Part shown: positions 26,591-38,680 of the stretch, one piece after another | Numbering within the stretch: the stretch's first letter is position 1 | How the letters are laid out: the number at the start of each line of letters is the position of its first letter | Assembly (NCBI GenBank): GCA_030390025.1 | Contig: CM059432.1 | Location: 143,718,001 to 143,782,000 of the forward strand | DNA from: Squalus acanthias | Taxonomy: Eukaryota | Length of the DNA stretch: 64,000 bases | Reading direction: 5' to 3' | Program-made: the position numbers and the translations under genes | Notes under the pieces: model-generated | What the model was told of the DNA's origin: nothing | Databases searched by the model: none | What the model saw: only the letters and a program-made list of their open reading frames with translations

Positions 26591-26714
26591 GGGGAAAAGA
26601 ATACATGATTAAACTTGTATCAGACCAATCCTTCCACAAAATTTCTTTTCAGGCCCTCGTACTTTTAATAGTTAAATTCATATAACCTTCACTGTATCAA
26701 GTACTGTATTAAGT

Positions 26715-28672
26715 CAAAGGAGGAAGTTTATAAAGTTGCCAGAAAAAGCGGTCAGCCTGAGGATTGGGATCTTTAGAAATCAGCAAAGGGGGACCAAGAA
26801 ATTGATAAAGAAAGGGAAAATGGAATAGGAGCACAAACTAGCGAAAAATATAAAAACGGATTGTAAAAGCTTCTATAGGTATGTGAAAAGGAAAAGACTG
26901 GCGAAGGTAAATGTAGGTCCTTTACAGTCAGAGACGGGAGAATTTATAATGGGGAAATAAGGAAATGGCTGAGAAATTAAATAAATACTTTGTTTGTCTT
27001 CACGGAGGAAGACACAAAAAACCTCCCAGAAATACAAGAAAACCAAGGGTGTGGCGAGAATGAGGAACTTAAAGAAATTAGTAAAAAAAAAGTACTAGCA
27101 AAATTAATGGGACTAAGTCGATAAATCTCAAGGACCGGATGACCGACATCCTAGGGTTTTGAAAGAGGTGGCCATTGGGATAGTGGACGCATTGGTTGTC
27201 ATCTTCCAAAATTCTATAGATTCTGGAACGGTTTCCTGCAGATTGGAGGATAGCAAATGTAACCCCGCTATTTAAAAGAGGGAGAGAGAAAACGGGGAAC
27301 TACAGACCTGTTAGCCTCACAGCAGTAGTTGGGAAAATGCTGGAATCTATTATAAAGGATGCAATAACTGGGCACTTAGAAACTAATAGTAAGATTGGGC
27401 AGAGTCAACATGGATTTATGAAAGGGAAATCCTGTTTGACAAACCTATTGGAGTTCTTTGAGGATGTAACTAGTGGAGCAGGCAAAGGGGAACCGGTAGA
27501 TGTGGTGTATCTGGATTTTCAGAAGGCCTTCGATAAGGTCCCACACAAGAGGTTGGTGAACAAAATTAGGGCACATGGAATTGGGGGTAATATACTCGCA
27601 TGGATTGAGAATTGGTTAACAGACAGAAAACAAAGAGTAGGGATAAACAGGTCTTTTTCAGAATGGCAGGCTGTGATTAGTGGGGTACCGCAAGGATCGG
27701 TGCTTGGGCCCCAACTATTCAATCTATATCAATGATTTGGATGAGGGGACTAAATGTAACATTTCCAAATTTGCTGATGACACAAAGCTAGGTGACAGCA
27801 TCAGTTGCGAAGAGGATGTGAAAAGGCTTCAAGGGGATCTCGACAGGCTCAGTGAGTGGGCGAGAACATGGCAGATGGATTATAATGTGGATAAATGTGA
27901 AGTTATCCACTTTGGTAGAAAAAACAGAAAGGCAGAGTATTTTCTAAATGGTGAAAGATTGGGGAATGCAGATGCTCAAAGGGACCTGGGTGTCCTTGTA
28001 CATGAGTCACTGAAAGTGAATGTGCAGCAAGCCATTAGGAAGGCAAATGGTATGCTGGCCTTCATTACAAGAGGATTTGATTACAGGGGTAAAGAAGTCT
28101 TACTCCAATTATATAGGGCCTTGGTGAGACCATACCTGGAGTAGTGTACACAATTTTGGTCTCCTTACCAAAGGAAGGATATACTTGCCATAGAGGGAGT
28201 GCAACGAAGGTTCACGAGATTGATTCCTGGGATGGCGGGACTGTCGTATAAGAAGAGATTGAGCAAACTAGGCCTATATTCTCTTGAATTCAGAAGAATG
28301 AGAGGGGATCTCATTGAAGCATACAAAATTACTGCAGGGCTCGATAGGGTGGATGCTGGGAGAATGTTTCCCTTAGCTGGGGAGTCTAGAACCAGGGGCC
28401 ACAGCCTCAGGATAAAGGGTAGGCCATTCAGGACTGAGATGAGAAGAAATTTCTTCACACAGAGGGTGGTGAATCTTTGGAATTCTCTACCCCAGAGGGC
28501 CATGGAGGCTTAGTCATTGGGTATATTCAAAACAGAAGTCAATAGATTTCTGACTAGTAAGGGCATCAAGGGATATGGCGATAGGGCCAGTGAATGGAAT
28601 TGAGGCAGAAGATCAGCCATGATCTCATTGAATGGCGGAGCAGGCTCGAAGGGCCTACTCCTACTTGTTATG
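26715..28672 (+). mobile_element. CR1 LINE (same family as 1936-4611), several frameshifts
   Basis: ORFs 27337-27735, 27680-28144 and 28199-28513 with RT motifs; CR1 3' end. Confidence 0.93.
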
Positions 28673-29149
28673 TTACCATTCCTTCGCATATAGTACTAAA
28701 TGGCATAGAAGACTCCTGCAAACTCCCAGATATACACCCACCATAGCAAAGGTAAATAAGAGATCAGAAGAAGCTATCTTGGTGATGAGAGGCATTATTA
28801 ATTTGTCTACAATGTTACTCCATATAAATTTTATAATTTCCCAGTACAAACAGTCTGTGCTACTGCTATGCTGCTAATTTCAATTTGAAGAGTCCAAAGG
28901 CACAAAGAAACTCCTGCACTCCAAATATCTCCCTCATTGGTACATACACCACCAATGAGAGAGCACTACCAAGAACAGATGCTTATGTCACTGGTAAATT
29001 TAAGACCCTATTCTGCAAGAATATTAGCTACAATTCTGAGAGAGCAGAGAGAGACCTGTGCTTTCATCAGTGCTGTTGGAGGGTACCACAGCACCTGGTT
29101 TAGGACTTTGATAACTGTAATACAGGCAGGTTGTAAATGGAGAGTATAG

Positions 29150-31600
29150 AAGCATGAACATAAAAAATAGGAGGAGGAGTAGACCATTTGGCCCCTCGAG
29201 CCTGCTCCGCCATTCAATAAGATCATGGCTGATGATCTACCTCATCTCCACTTTCCTGCACTATCCCCATATCCCTTGATTCCATTTAACATCCAAAAAT
29301 CTGTCGATCTCTGTCTTGAATATACTCAACGACTGAGCATCCACAGCACTCTGGGGAAGAGAATTCCAAAGATTCACCACCCCGAGTGAAGAAATTTCTC
29401 ATCTTAATCCTAAATGGCCGACCCCTTATTCTGAGACTTTGACCCCTGATTCTAAACTCACTATCCAGGGGAAACATCCTCCCTGCATCTACCCTGTCAA
29501 GCCCTGTAAAAAAAATTGTATGTTTCAATGAGATCACCTCTCATTCTTCTAAACTCCAGAGAATATAGGCTTAGTCTACTCAATCTCTCCTCGTGGGACA
29601 ATTCCCCCCATCCCAGGAATCAGTCTGGTGAACCTTTGTTGCACTCCCTCTATGGCAAGTATATCCTTCCTTAGGTAAGGAGACCAAAACTACACACTCC
29701 AGGTGTGGTCTCACCAGGGCCCTATATAATTGCAGTAACATGTCTTTACTCTTTATTACAAAAGGATGTGCGTATAAGGCCAACATACCATTTGCTTTCC
29801 TAATTGCTTGCTGTACCTGCATGTTAACTTTCAGTGATCCGTGTACAAGGACACCCAGGTCCCTCTGTACACCAACATTTCCCAATCTCTCACCATTTAA
29901 AAAATACTCTGCTTTTCTATTTTTCCTACCAAAGTGGATAACTTCACATTTCTCCACATTATATTCCATTTGCCATGTTCTTGCCCACTCACCTAGCCTG
30001 TCTATATCCCCTTGAAGCCTCCTTGCACCCTCCTCACAACTTACATTCCCATCTAGCTGTGTATCATCAGCAAAGTTGGATATATTACATTTGGTCCCCT
30101 CATCCAAATCATTGATATAGATTGTGAATAGCTGAGGCCCAAGCACTGATCCCCACTAGTTACAGCCTGCCAACCCGAAAATGATCCATTTATTCCTATC
30201 TGTTTTCTGTCCGTTAACCAATCCTCAATCCATGCTGGTATATTACCCCCCAATCCCATGAGCCCTAATTTTGTTTAATAACCTCTTGCGTGGCACCTTA
30301 TCGAATGCCTTCTGAAAATCCAAATACACCACATTCACTGGTTCCCCCTTAGCTATTCTGCTAGTTACAACCTCAAAAAACTCAACAGATTCGTCAAACA
30401 TGATTTCCCTTTCATAAATCAGTGTTGACTCTGCCCAATCCTATTATTTTTCTGAGTGTCCTTAATAACAGATTCTAGCATTTTCCCTACTACTGATGTC
30501 AGGCTAACTGGTCTGTAGTTCCTCATTTTCTCTCTCCCTCCTTTCTTAAATAGTAGGGTTACATTTGCTACCTTCTAATCCACAGGAACCGTTATAGAAT
30601 CTATGGAATTTTGGAAAATGACAACCAATGCATCCACTATCTCTATAGCCACCTCTTTTAAAACCCTAGGATGTAGGCCATCAGGTCCAGGGGATTTATC
30701 AGCTTTCAGTCCCATTAATTTCTCCAGTACTATTTTTTTTCGAATGATACTAATTTCTTTCAGTTCCTCATTCTCGCTAGACCCTTGGCTCTCCACTAAT
30801 TCCGGGAGGTTTTTTGCGTCTTCTTCCGTGAAGACAGACACAAAGTATTTGCTCAATTTCTCTGCCATTTCCTTATTGCCCATTATAATTTCTCCTGTCT
30901 CAGCCTGTAAGGGACCCACATTTACTTTCGCTAATCTTTTCCTTTTTACGTACCTATAGAAGCTTTTACAGTGTGTTTTTATGTCTCTTGCTAGTTTACA
31001 CACATTCTATTTTCCCTTTATCAATTTCTTGGTCCTCCTTTGCTGAATTCTAAAATCCTCCCAATCCTCAGGCTTACTACTCTTTTTTGGCAATATTATA
31101 AGCCTCTTCCTTTAATCTAATACTAGCTTGAATTTCTCGTTAGCCACGGTTGGACCATTTTTCCCCATGGTGTTTTTATTCCTTAAGGGAATGTACATTC
31201 GTTGCGAATTATTTCTTTAAATGTTTGTTGTTTTTCTACTGTCATATCTGTTAATCTAGTTTCCCAACCTACCTTAGCCAACTTGCGCCTCATACCTACG
31301 TAGTTTGCTTTGCTCAGGTTTAGCACCCTAGTTTCGGACTTAACTAAATCACACTCAAACTCAACATAAAATTCTATCGTATTATAATCAATGCTCCCCA
31401 GAGGCTCCTTTACTACAAGGTTATAATTAACCCTGTCTCATTGCACAGTACTAGATCTGAAACAGCCAATTCCCTCATAGGTTCCTTGACATACTGATCG
31501 AGAAAACTATCTTGAATGCATTCCATGAACTTTTCCTCTGCACTATTTCTGCAAATTTGGACAAGACCAAGAACCAATATCTTGATATCAAAATTTCCCA
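29150..31600 (-). mobile_element. CR1 LINE (same family), decayed
   Basis: ORFs 31413-31601, 30575-31003, 30053-30259, 29580-30146 and 29286-29537. Confidence 0.93.
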
Positions 31601-31689
31601 ATGGTCTCTTTGGATTTGGATATAGAGACTCCAGTGAATATTAAATCAGTCACTTTTAGATGCAACTCCTTTCTAACATTCTAACAGAA

Positions 31690-31910
31690 GAAGCTGTTTT
31701 TAGAGAGTGTGAGGTTGTGGAATCACTACCAGAGTTAGAGATTAAAGCAAAGACCATGTCATCATTTATGAATAGGTTTGATAGGTGGTTGAAGGAAAGG
31801 AGATGAGATATGGGAATAAGGCGGGTACATGGGATTAGGACACTGCTCGTGCAACATAAACACCAACACGGACTGGTTGGTCATAAGGCCTGTTTCCATG
31901 TCCTAACTTC
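31690..31910 (+). mobile_element. Old CR1 3' fragment
   Basis: RVVRLWNxLP-like remnant and CR1 3' UTR. Confidence 0.6.
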
Positions 31911-32066
31911 TGTCATTTTAAACACATTCTAAGGGTTGATCACTGATTTATTTGTCAGTGGTAAAGAATCATTAAACACCAGAATCCATCGCAAAAACAG
32001 CTTAAGCCAACGAGTTAATAGTTAGCCTGTTACTGTTGCTGTAATTGTACAAAATCTTTTACCAAC

Positions 32067-32201
32067 CCATGTCCTGAAGGAGCAATAAAGTATAAACAAC
32101 AGTGGACTCTGCTGTCCGGCATCTGGCGCCGGTTCACACGGGACTCAGCATTAAGGTAATCTTCAAATTTGCTGTCGATGTGATCAATGACAGGTTGCCA
32201 G
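32067..32201 (-). CDS. SEPTIN7: Septin-7 internal exon (135 nt): (C)[44 protein letters not shown](G)
   Basis: Manual translation; acceptor tttccag and donor GTTGGT. Confidence 0.97.
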
Positions 32202-32594
32202 CTGGAAAGTCAAACAACAGTGCAATGATCAGTTAGTCAAGGTCTTAAACACTGAAGCAAAACATACATACAGTTTTACTTGTACAATTCCCATTTATTG
32301 TTGGTTAACATTAAAACTAATAGTTGTATCCTTTTTCTTGGACCTTGCATACTTTTGTTAAAAAAAATCCAAATACAACCTTGAATTTTTATTTTTACTT
32401 GTTAATTTTGATTGTTTTCTGCACAACACAGTGTAACATTAATTGCAATAAAAATAACTCTCAGGGCGAATATACAAGTTTCCATGTTCCAACCAATGAA
32501 CAAGTTCCACTTTGCGAGCCACATCAAACAGGGAAGTATTGAGCAGAGACTGTATCTCCCTGTCCTGGACAAGGCAGAGAGAAGAGGGGGCACA

Positions 32595-32830
32595 AATCAG
32601 AATAGTACAGCACAGAAGGCGGCCAATCAAATCTGCGCCAGCTCTTTCAAAGAGCAATCCCAGTTAGTCCCACTCCCTCGCTCTTTCCCCATATCCCTGC
32701 AATTTTTTCTCCTTCAAGTATTTATCCAATTCCCTTTTGAAGGCTGCTATTGACTCTGTATCCACCACCCGATTCCAAATCCTAACCACTCGTTGCGCAA
32801 AACAAGTTTTTCCTCATGAATCCCCCTTTA
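32595..32830 (-). mobile_element. CR1 3' end
   Basis: Reverse complement of the 23790-24008 type 3' UTR. Confidence 0.8.
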
Positions 32831-33264
32831 CGCAAATAGAAGTAAAAGGAATATAAATACAAAAATTAAAAGGGGGGAGGCATATCAAAATATCCCCATA
32901 AAAAAAGCGTTATAACAAGCAAAGTACAAGTTTTTTTGGAAAAGGGAAGCCCTAAAGCAACGAAGTCTGGTTTTCACACAGAGCAAACTCATAAGTCTGC
33001 CCACAAATGAATGTTAAGCAAGCAAAACTGAAATGGAGCTTTGGTATAGGCCTAAGCTTACACTATTTTGCTTTTGGAAATGTATCCCAAAAGCCAAGTG
33101 TTTGTTACAAGTAGTAATTTTTCAGAAAAGTAAAAGAAATACTGCATTTTTTTTCAAACTTATATTGAACAATTATTAAAAAATTACATGTACTGCTGTA
33201 TATTCTAATTCAGCCAAATTTAGAAAATAAAATAACCAGTTCTTTAAAACATGTTGCTCGAGTA

Positions 33265-34365
33265 TGCCTCATCCATATGCCTTTGTCACCTCTAGTCTTG
33301 ATGCGGAGATGCCGGTGTTGGACTGGGGTGGACAAAAGTGAGAAGTCGCACAACACCAGGTTATAGTCCAACAGTTTTATTTGAAATCACAAGCTTTCGG
33401 AGCTGCTGCCCCTTCGTCAGGTGAAGTGAAGGAATACGAATCAGCAAAGCATATATAGACAGAGAACAATGCATGTGTAGCGTACAATGTCAGACGACTA
33501 CATTTAATCCTTCTGACTGTTTCTCTGCCGAGGTGTGACGAAAGGCAATCAGGTCAGCCAGGAAGGCACCACATCAAAGACATAGCAAGATACAACTGAG
33601 ACAATGAGGTGGGGTCACAGGGGGTCTAATGTGTCAAATGCTGCAGTCTGTATGGAAAACCATAAACTTTAAAATGTTTACTTTTTTTTTTACTGGAAAT
33701 CACATGTGAACAAGCCAACGACGACTCGAGTCTGGATGACTCTACGTCATGTAGCGTGACATGAACCCAAGATCCCGGTTGAGGCCGTCCTGGACTATAA
33801 CCTGGTGTTGTGCGACTTCTCACCTCTAGTCTTGACTACTCCAATACTCTCCTGGCCAGCCTCCCATCTTCTACCCTCCAAAAACTTGAGCTCATCTAAA
33901 ACTTTGCTGCCTGTATCCTAACGCGCACCAAGTCCCGTTCACCCATCACACCTGTGCTCGCTCCCGGTCCTGTAACGCCTCAATTTTAAAATTCTCATCC
34001 GTGATTTCAAATCTCTCCATGGCCTCGCACCCCACCCCACCCCCCGCCCATTTTAACCTCCTCCAGCCCTACAACCATCAGAGATTTCTGCGCTCCTTCA
34101 ATTCTGGCCTCTTGGGCATCTCCGATTTTAATTGCGTCACCATTGGCGGCCATGCCTTCAACTGGCTAGGCCCGAAGCTCTGGAATTCCCTCGCGAAGCT
34201 TCTCCACCCCTCTCTCTCTCCCTTTAACATGCTCCTTTAAACCTACTCCTTTGAGCAAACTTTTGATCATCTGTCGTAATATCTCATGTGGCTTAGTGTC
34301 AAACTTTGTTTGATAACACTCCTGTGAAGTGCCTTGGGAAGTATAAATGCAAGTTTTTGTTGTTG
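33265..34365 (+). mobile_element. L2 LINE 3' part interrupted by a PLE
   Basis: Removing the insert restores AFVTSSLDYSNTLLASLP...SPITPVL, a typical L2 ORF2 C-terminus; then KLWNSL and tail ataaatgcaagtt. Confidence 0.8.
33302..33819 (-). mobile_element. Penelope-like element (family B), 5'-truncated with a short inverted 5' end; hammerhead at 33387-33424
   Basis: 16-bp TSD TCACCTCTAGTCTTGA (33286-33301 / 33820-33835); 33742-33789 (-) encodes DGLNRDLGFMSRYMT*, a PLE ORF C-terminus; 33791-33823 is an inverted copy of 33338-33370. Confidence 0.85.
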
Positions 34366-34659
34366 CGTGAACATCAAGACAGCTAATTAGAATAGTATAT
34401 ACGGTCCAATTGCTCAAAATGAATCAAAATTACCAATGTCACAAATTATGGGAGTTGTAACTATAGACAAAACCCTGCAACGTTTACAAGCTTGCATGTC
34501 AGAAACAGAGATTTTTTTTTCCCTTGCAAATGAGTGCCTAAGATACAGCAACTGTGATCCAGGTAGTTTGAGACTCATCCCAATTACTGCAACTAATCGG
34601 CGATCTACTTATCTGTGACATTCCATTTTCTTAAAGCAGCTGCGTTATATACAACTTAG

Positions 34660-34957
34660 AACTTGCATTTCTATAGCACCTTACACAACCTCAGCAAGCC
34701 CCAAAAGGCGCTTTACAGCCAATGAATTACTTTTGAAGTATAGTCACGGTTGTAATGCAGGAAACGTGGCAGCCAATTTTTACACAGCAAGCTCCCACAT
34801 ACAGCAATGTGATAAATGACCAGGTAATCTGCTTAAGGTGTTGATTGAGGGATAAATATTGACCAGGACACCAGGGACAACTCCCCTGCTCCTCTTCGAA
34901 ATAGTGCTGTGGGATCTTTTGCATCCACCCAAGAGGGCAGACAGGGCCTCGGTTTAA
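34660..34957 (-). mobile_element. DeuSINE (SacSINE1-like), 5'-truncated
   Basis: Reverse complement gives aaaccgaggccctgtctgccc...aaaagatcccacagcactattt...aaatgcaagt. Confidence 0.75.
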
Positions 34958-35019
34958 AATATTGGCATGGATTTGATCTTGAGCACGATTTAAATACATA
35001 ACTCGAGCAGTGCGCCAGC

Positions 35020-35432
35020 CCTGGCTCAAATGTTAGCACATTTGTCTCTGAGCCAGAGGGTCATGGGTTCAAGCCCCACTCCAGGACTTATCCACATAAT
35101 CTAGGTCAACACTTCAGTGCAGTACGGAGGGAATGCTGCATTGGCAAAGCATTTTGGAAGATATATTAAACCGAGGCCCCATCAATCTGTTCAAGCGGAT
35201 GCCAAAGATCCTACAGCACTATTCAAAGAGCAGGCAATTCTTCTGGTGTGCTGGCCAACATTTATCCCTCACCCATCACCAAAAACAAATGAACTGGCCA
35301 TTTATCTCATCGCTGTTTGTGGCATGTTGCCGGGCACAATTTGTTTGCCTATGTAACAGTAACTACCTTTCAAATTTGTGAAGCGCCTTAGGCCGTCCTG
35401 AGGATGTGCAAGGTGCTACATAAATGCAAGCT
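35020..35432 (+). mobile_element. DeuSINE (SacSINE1-like), near full length
   Basis: Box A/B-like head (tggctcaaatgttagca; gggttcaagccc), Deu domain and tail taaatgcaag. Confidence 0.75.
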
Positions 35433-35465
35433 AATTCTTTAATATTCACTTTTACAAAATCCTAC

Positions 35466-35566
35466 CAGTTACTGTTGTCCACGGCATCTCCAAACCCCGG
35501 TGTGTCGACTATCGTAAGTAGTAGCTGAACACCACCTTCTTTAATGAATACTTTTGACTGTTCAAC
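35466..35566 (-). CDS. SEPTIN7: Septin-7 internal exon (101 nt): [33 protein letters not shown](C), G3 DxPG motif
   Basis: Manual translation matches vertebrate SEPT7; acceptor ttttacag at 35567 and donor GTAGGA at 35465; phases join the next exon. Confidence 0.97.
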
Positions 35567-35644
35567 CTGTAAAAAGAAAGTAGCAAATTAGAATACCGAC
35601 ATAATGCTTAAACGGTAGAAGGCTCAATAGTGATCTCAAAAGTG

Positions 35645-37268
35645 TTGAGGTCCCCACTATCACAGAAGCCAGTCTTCAGCCAATTCGATTCACTCCACGT
35701 GATATCAAGAAACGGCTGAGCACACTGGATACAGCACAGGATGTGGGCCCCAACAACATCCCGGCTGTTGTACTGAAGACTCGTGCTCCAGAACTAGCTG
35801 CGCCTCTAGCCAAGCTGTTCCAGTACAGCTACAACACTGGCATCTATCCAACAATGTGGAAAACTGCCCAGGAATGTGCTGTCCACAAAAAGCAGGACAA
35901 ATCCAATCCGGCCAATTGCCGCCCCATCAGTCTACTCTCAATCATCAGCAAAGTGATGGAAGGTGTCGTCGACAGTGCTATCAAGCAGCACTTACTCACC
36001 AATAACCTGCTCACTGATGCCCAGTATGGGTCCCGCCAGGACCACTCTGCTCCCGACCTCATTACAGCCTTGGTCCAAATATGGACAAAAGAGCTGAATT
36101 CCAGAGATGAGGTGAGTGACTGCCCTTAACATCAAGGCAGCATTTGACCGAGTGTGGCATCAAGGAGCCCTAGTAAAACTGAAGTCAATGGGAATCGGGG
36201 GGAAAACTCTCCACTGGCTGGAGTCATACCTAGCACAAAGGAAGATGGTTGCGGTGGTTGGAGGTCAATCATCGCAGCCCCAGGATATCGCTGCAGGAGT
36301 TCCTCAGGGCAGTGTCCTCGGCCCAACCATCTTCAGCTGTTTCATGAATGACCTCCCCTCCATCATAAGGTCAGAAGTGGGGATGTTCACTGATGACTGC
36401 ACAGTGTTCAATGCCATTCGCAACTCCTCAGATAATGACGCATTCCATGCGCACATGCAACAAGACCTGGATGACATTCAGGCTTGGGCTGATGTGTGGC
36501 GCGAATGTTACCTGCCACCTAAGTACCAGGCAATGACTATCTCCAACAAGCGAGTGTCTAACCACCACCCCTTGACATTCAATGGCATTACCATCGCTGA
36601 ATCCCTCACCATCAATATCCTGGGGGGTCACCATTGACCAGAAACTTAACTGGACCAGCCACATAAATATTGTGGCAACAAGAGCAGGTCAGAGGCTGGG
36701 TATTTTGCAGCGAGTGTCTCACCTCCTGACTCCCCAAAGCCTTTCTACCATCTACAAAGCACAAGTAAGGAGTGTGATGGAATACTCTCCACTTGCCTGG
36801 ATGAGTGCAGCTCCAACAACACAAGAAGCTCGACACCATCCAAGACACAGCAGACTGCTCGATTGCCACCCCATCCACCACCGGCGTACCGTGGCTGCAG
36901 TGTGTACCATCTACAAGATGCACTGCAGCAACTCGCCAAGGCTGCTTCGACAGCACCTCCCAAACCCGCGACCTCTTCCACCTAGAAGGACAAGGGCAGC
37001 AGGCGCATGGGAACACCATCACCTCCAAGTTCCCCTCCAAGTCACACACCATCCTGACTTGGAAGTACATCGCCGATCCTTCATTGTCGCTGGGTCAAAA
37101 TCCTGGAACTCCCTCCTCCTAACAGCACTGCGGGAGTGCCTTCTCCACACAGACTGCAGCGGTTCAAGATGGCGGCTCACCACCACCTTCTCAAGGGCAA
37201 CTAGGGATGGGCAATAAATGTTGGCCTTGCCAGCGACGCCCACCTCCCATGAACGAAGAAAAGAAAAA
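35645..37268 (+). mobile_element. CR1-group LINE family 2, 5'-truncated RT region
   Basis: ORFs 35743-36129, 36116-36637 and 36582-37217 (RPISLLS, IKAAFDRV, GVPQGSVLGP, FTDD); distinct 3' end gggatgggcaataaatg...cccatgaacgaagaa. Confidence 0.9.
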
Positions 37269-37383
37269 CACAACCCGAGGATGTAATAATCGCATCCCTT
37301 GTGATCGGGACTGGATACTCGTTTCTTTAATGTGTTTTTAAAAATTTCTCCACAAAGCAGACCAAGTAAACACGAGATCCGAC

Positions 37384-37526
37384 CAATGTTCCCTTTAAGC
37401 TGCGTGGCCGTGCCGTGCATTGGAGCTACCGCGCAGCCGGCGCACTGGCTTTTAAATGGGGAAAAACTACGCACGCACCGTATTTTGAATGGGCCGCGCA
37501 CCCAAAAAAAATTCAAGGGAACAGTG
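37384..37526. mobile_element. hAT-type MITE copy 2
   Basis: TIRs CAATGTTCCCTTTAA/TTCAAGGGAACAGTG; flanks GATCCGAC/GATGCGGC. Confidence 0.75.
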
Positions 37527-38145
37527 GATGCGGCGAAGTTTGATTGTGGTAATAAGCTGCTTTATTCTACAGGAGGGTGAAACATAAAAAGCAAGGAGGT
37601 ACATCAGAGTTCTATAGTTCAATCGGCACATGTAATGATCCAAAATAAAAAATGTCCAACACTAACCTACCCCAGTGAGCTGTCTTACTTAAACAGAATA
37701 ATTCCTCTGCATCCTGTCCTACAATCCCAGGGTAGAACATTTCTCAGCCTTTTACTGACTGCCTGTGCAGTGCCCGGCTTCTAACAACAAATGTGACCTT
37801 TTGGTTTTGGTTTCCTTTTCTGAGCCCAAGACAAAGCTTACTAGCCCTCCCGAGCAGAACCCTCCTTCCTAACTTGGCAATGACCCCATCGCAGTGAAGA
37901 GATGATTGTTGCAGCAGCGATCAGTGTGAAGCTGCTAGAATACCAAACTACTGGTCATCCCTAGGACGCTGGTCTGAAACACAATACACACCTGCCCGCA
38001 CAGCTGCTCTCCGAATTTAGCACCTTTCTACAACTCAAAGGCACATTTTAAAATAACTCATACCCTAGATCCTTTCTGCAGAAAAATGGTCAAAAAATTC
38101 AAAAACGTCACAAACCTAAGGGCATAGATAAGGTAACCAACGTTT

Positions 38146-38680
38146 AACAGTCATTGCTTTGTCCTGGATGGTGTCGAACATCGCGTGCTGCTGCCGCTTC
38201 ACCCATCCAGGCAAGTGGAGAGTATTCCATCACACACCTGACTTGTACCTTGCACGTGGTGGAGGGGCTCTGGGGAGTCAGGAGGTGAGCCACTCGCCGC
38301 AGAATACCCAGTCTCTGGCCTGCTCTAGTAGCTACGGCATTTATGTGGCTGGTCCAATTAAGTTTCTGCACAATGGCGACCCCCAGGATGTTGCAGGTGG
38401 GGGATTCGGCGATGGTAATGCCATTGAATGTGATGGGGAGGTGGTTAGACACTCTTGTTGGAGATGGTCATTGCCTGGCATGGGTTTAGTGCAAATGTTA
38501 CTTGGCACTTAAAAGCCCAGGATGTTGTCGGGGGCCCTGTAGCCTTTGCAGTGTTCAGTGCACAAGCAGTTTCTTGATGTCACGTGGAGTGAATCAAATT
38601 GGCTAAAGACAGCATCCGTGATAGTGGAGGACCTCGGGCGGAGGCAGAGAATGATCATCCACTCGGCACTTCTGGCTGTT
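38146..38680 (-). mobile_element. CR1-group family 2 fragment
   Basis: ORF 38144-38452 is homologous to 36582-37217. Confidence 0.88.

Noticed and set aside
36132..37516. Multiple overlapping 60-210 aa ORFs on both strands
   Set aside because: Shadow and antisense frames of a LINE fragment
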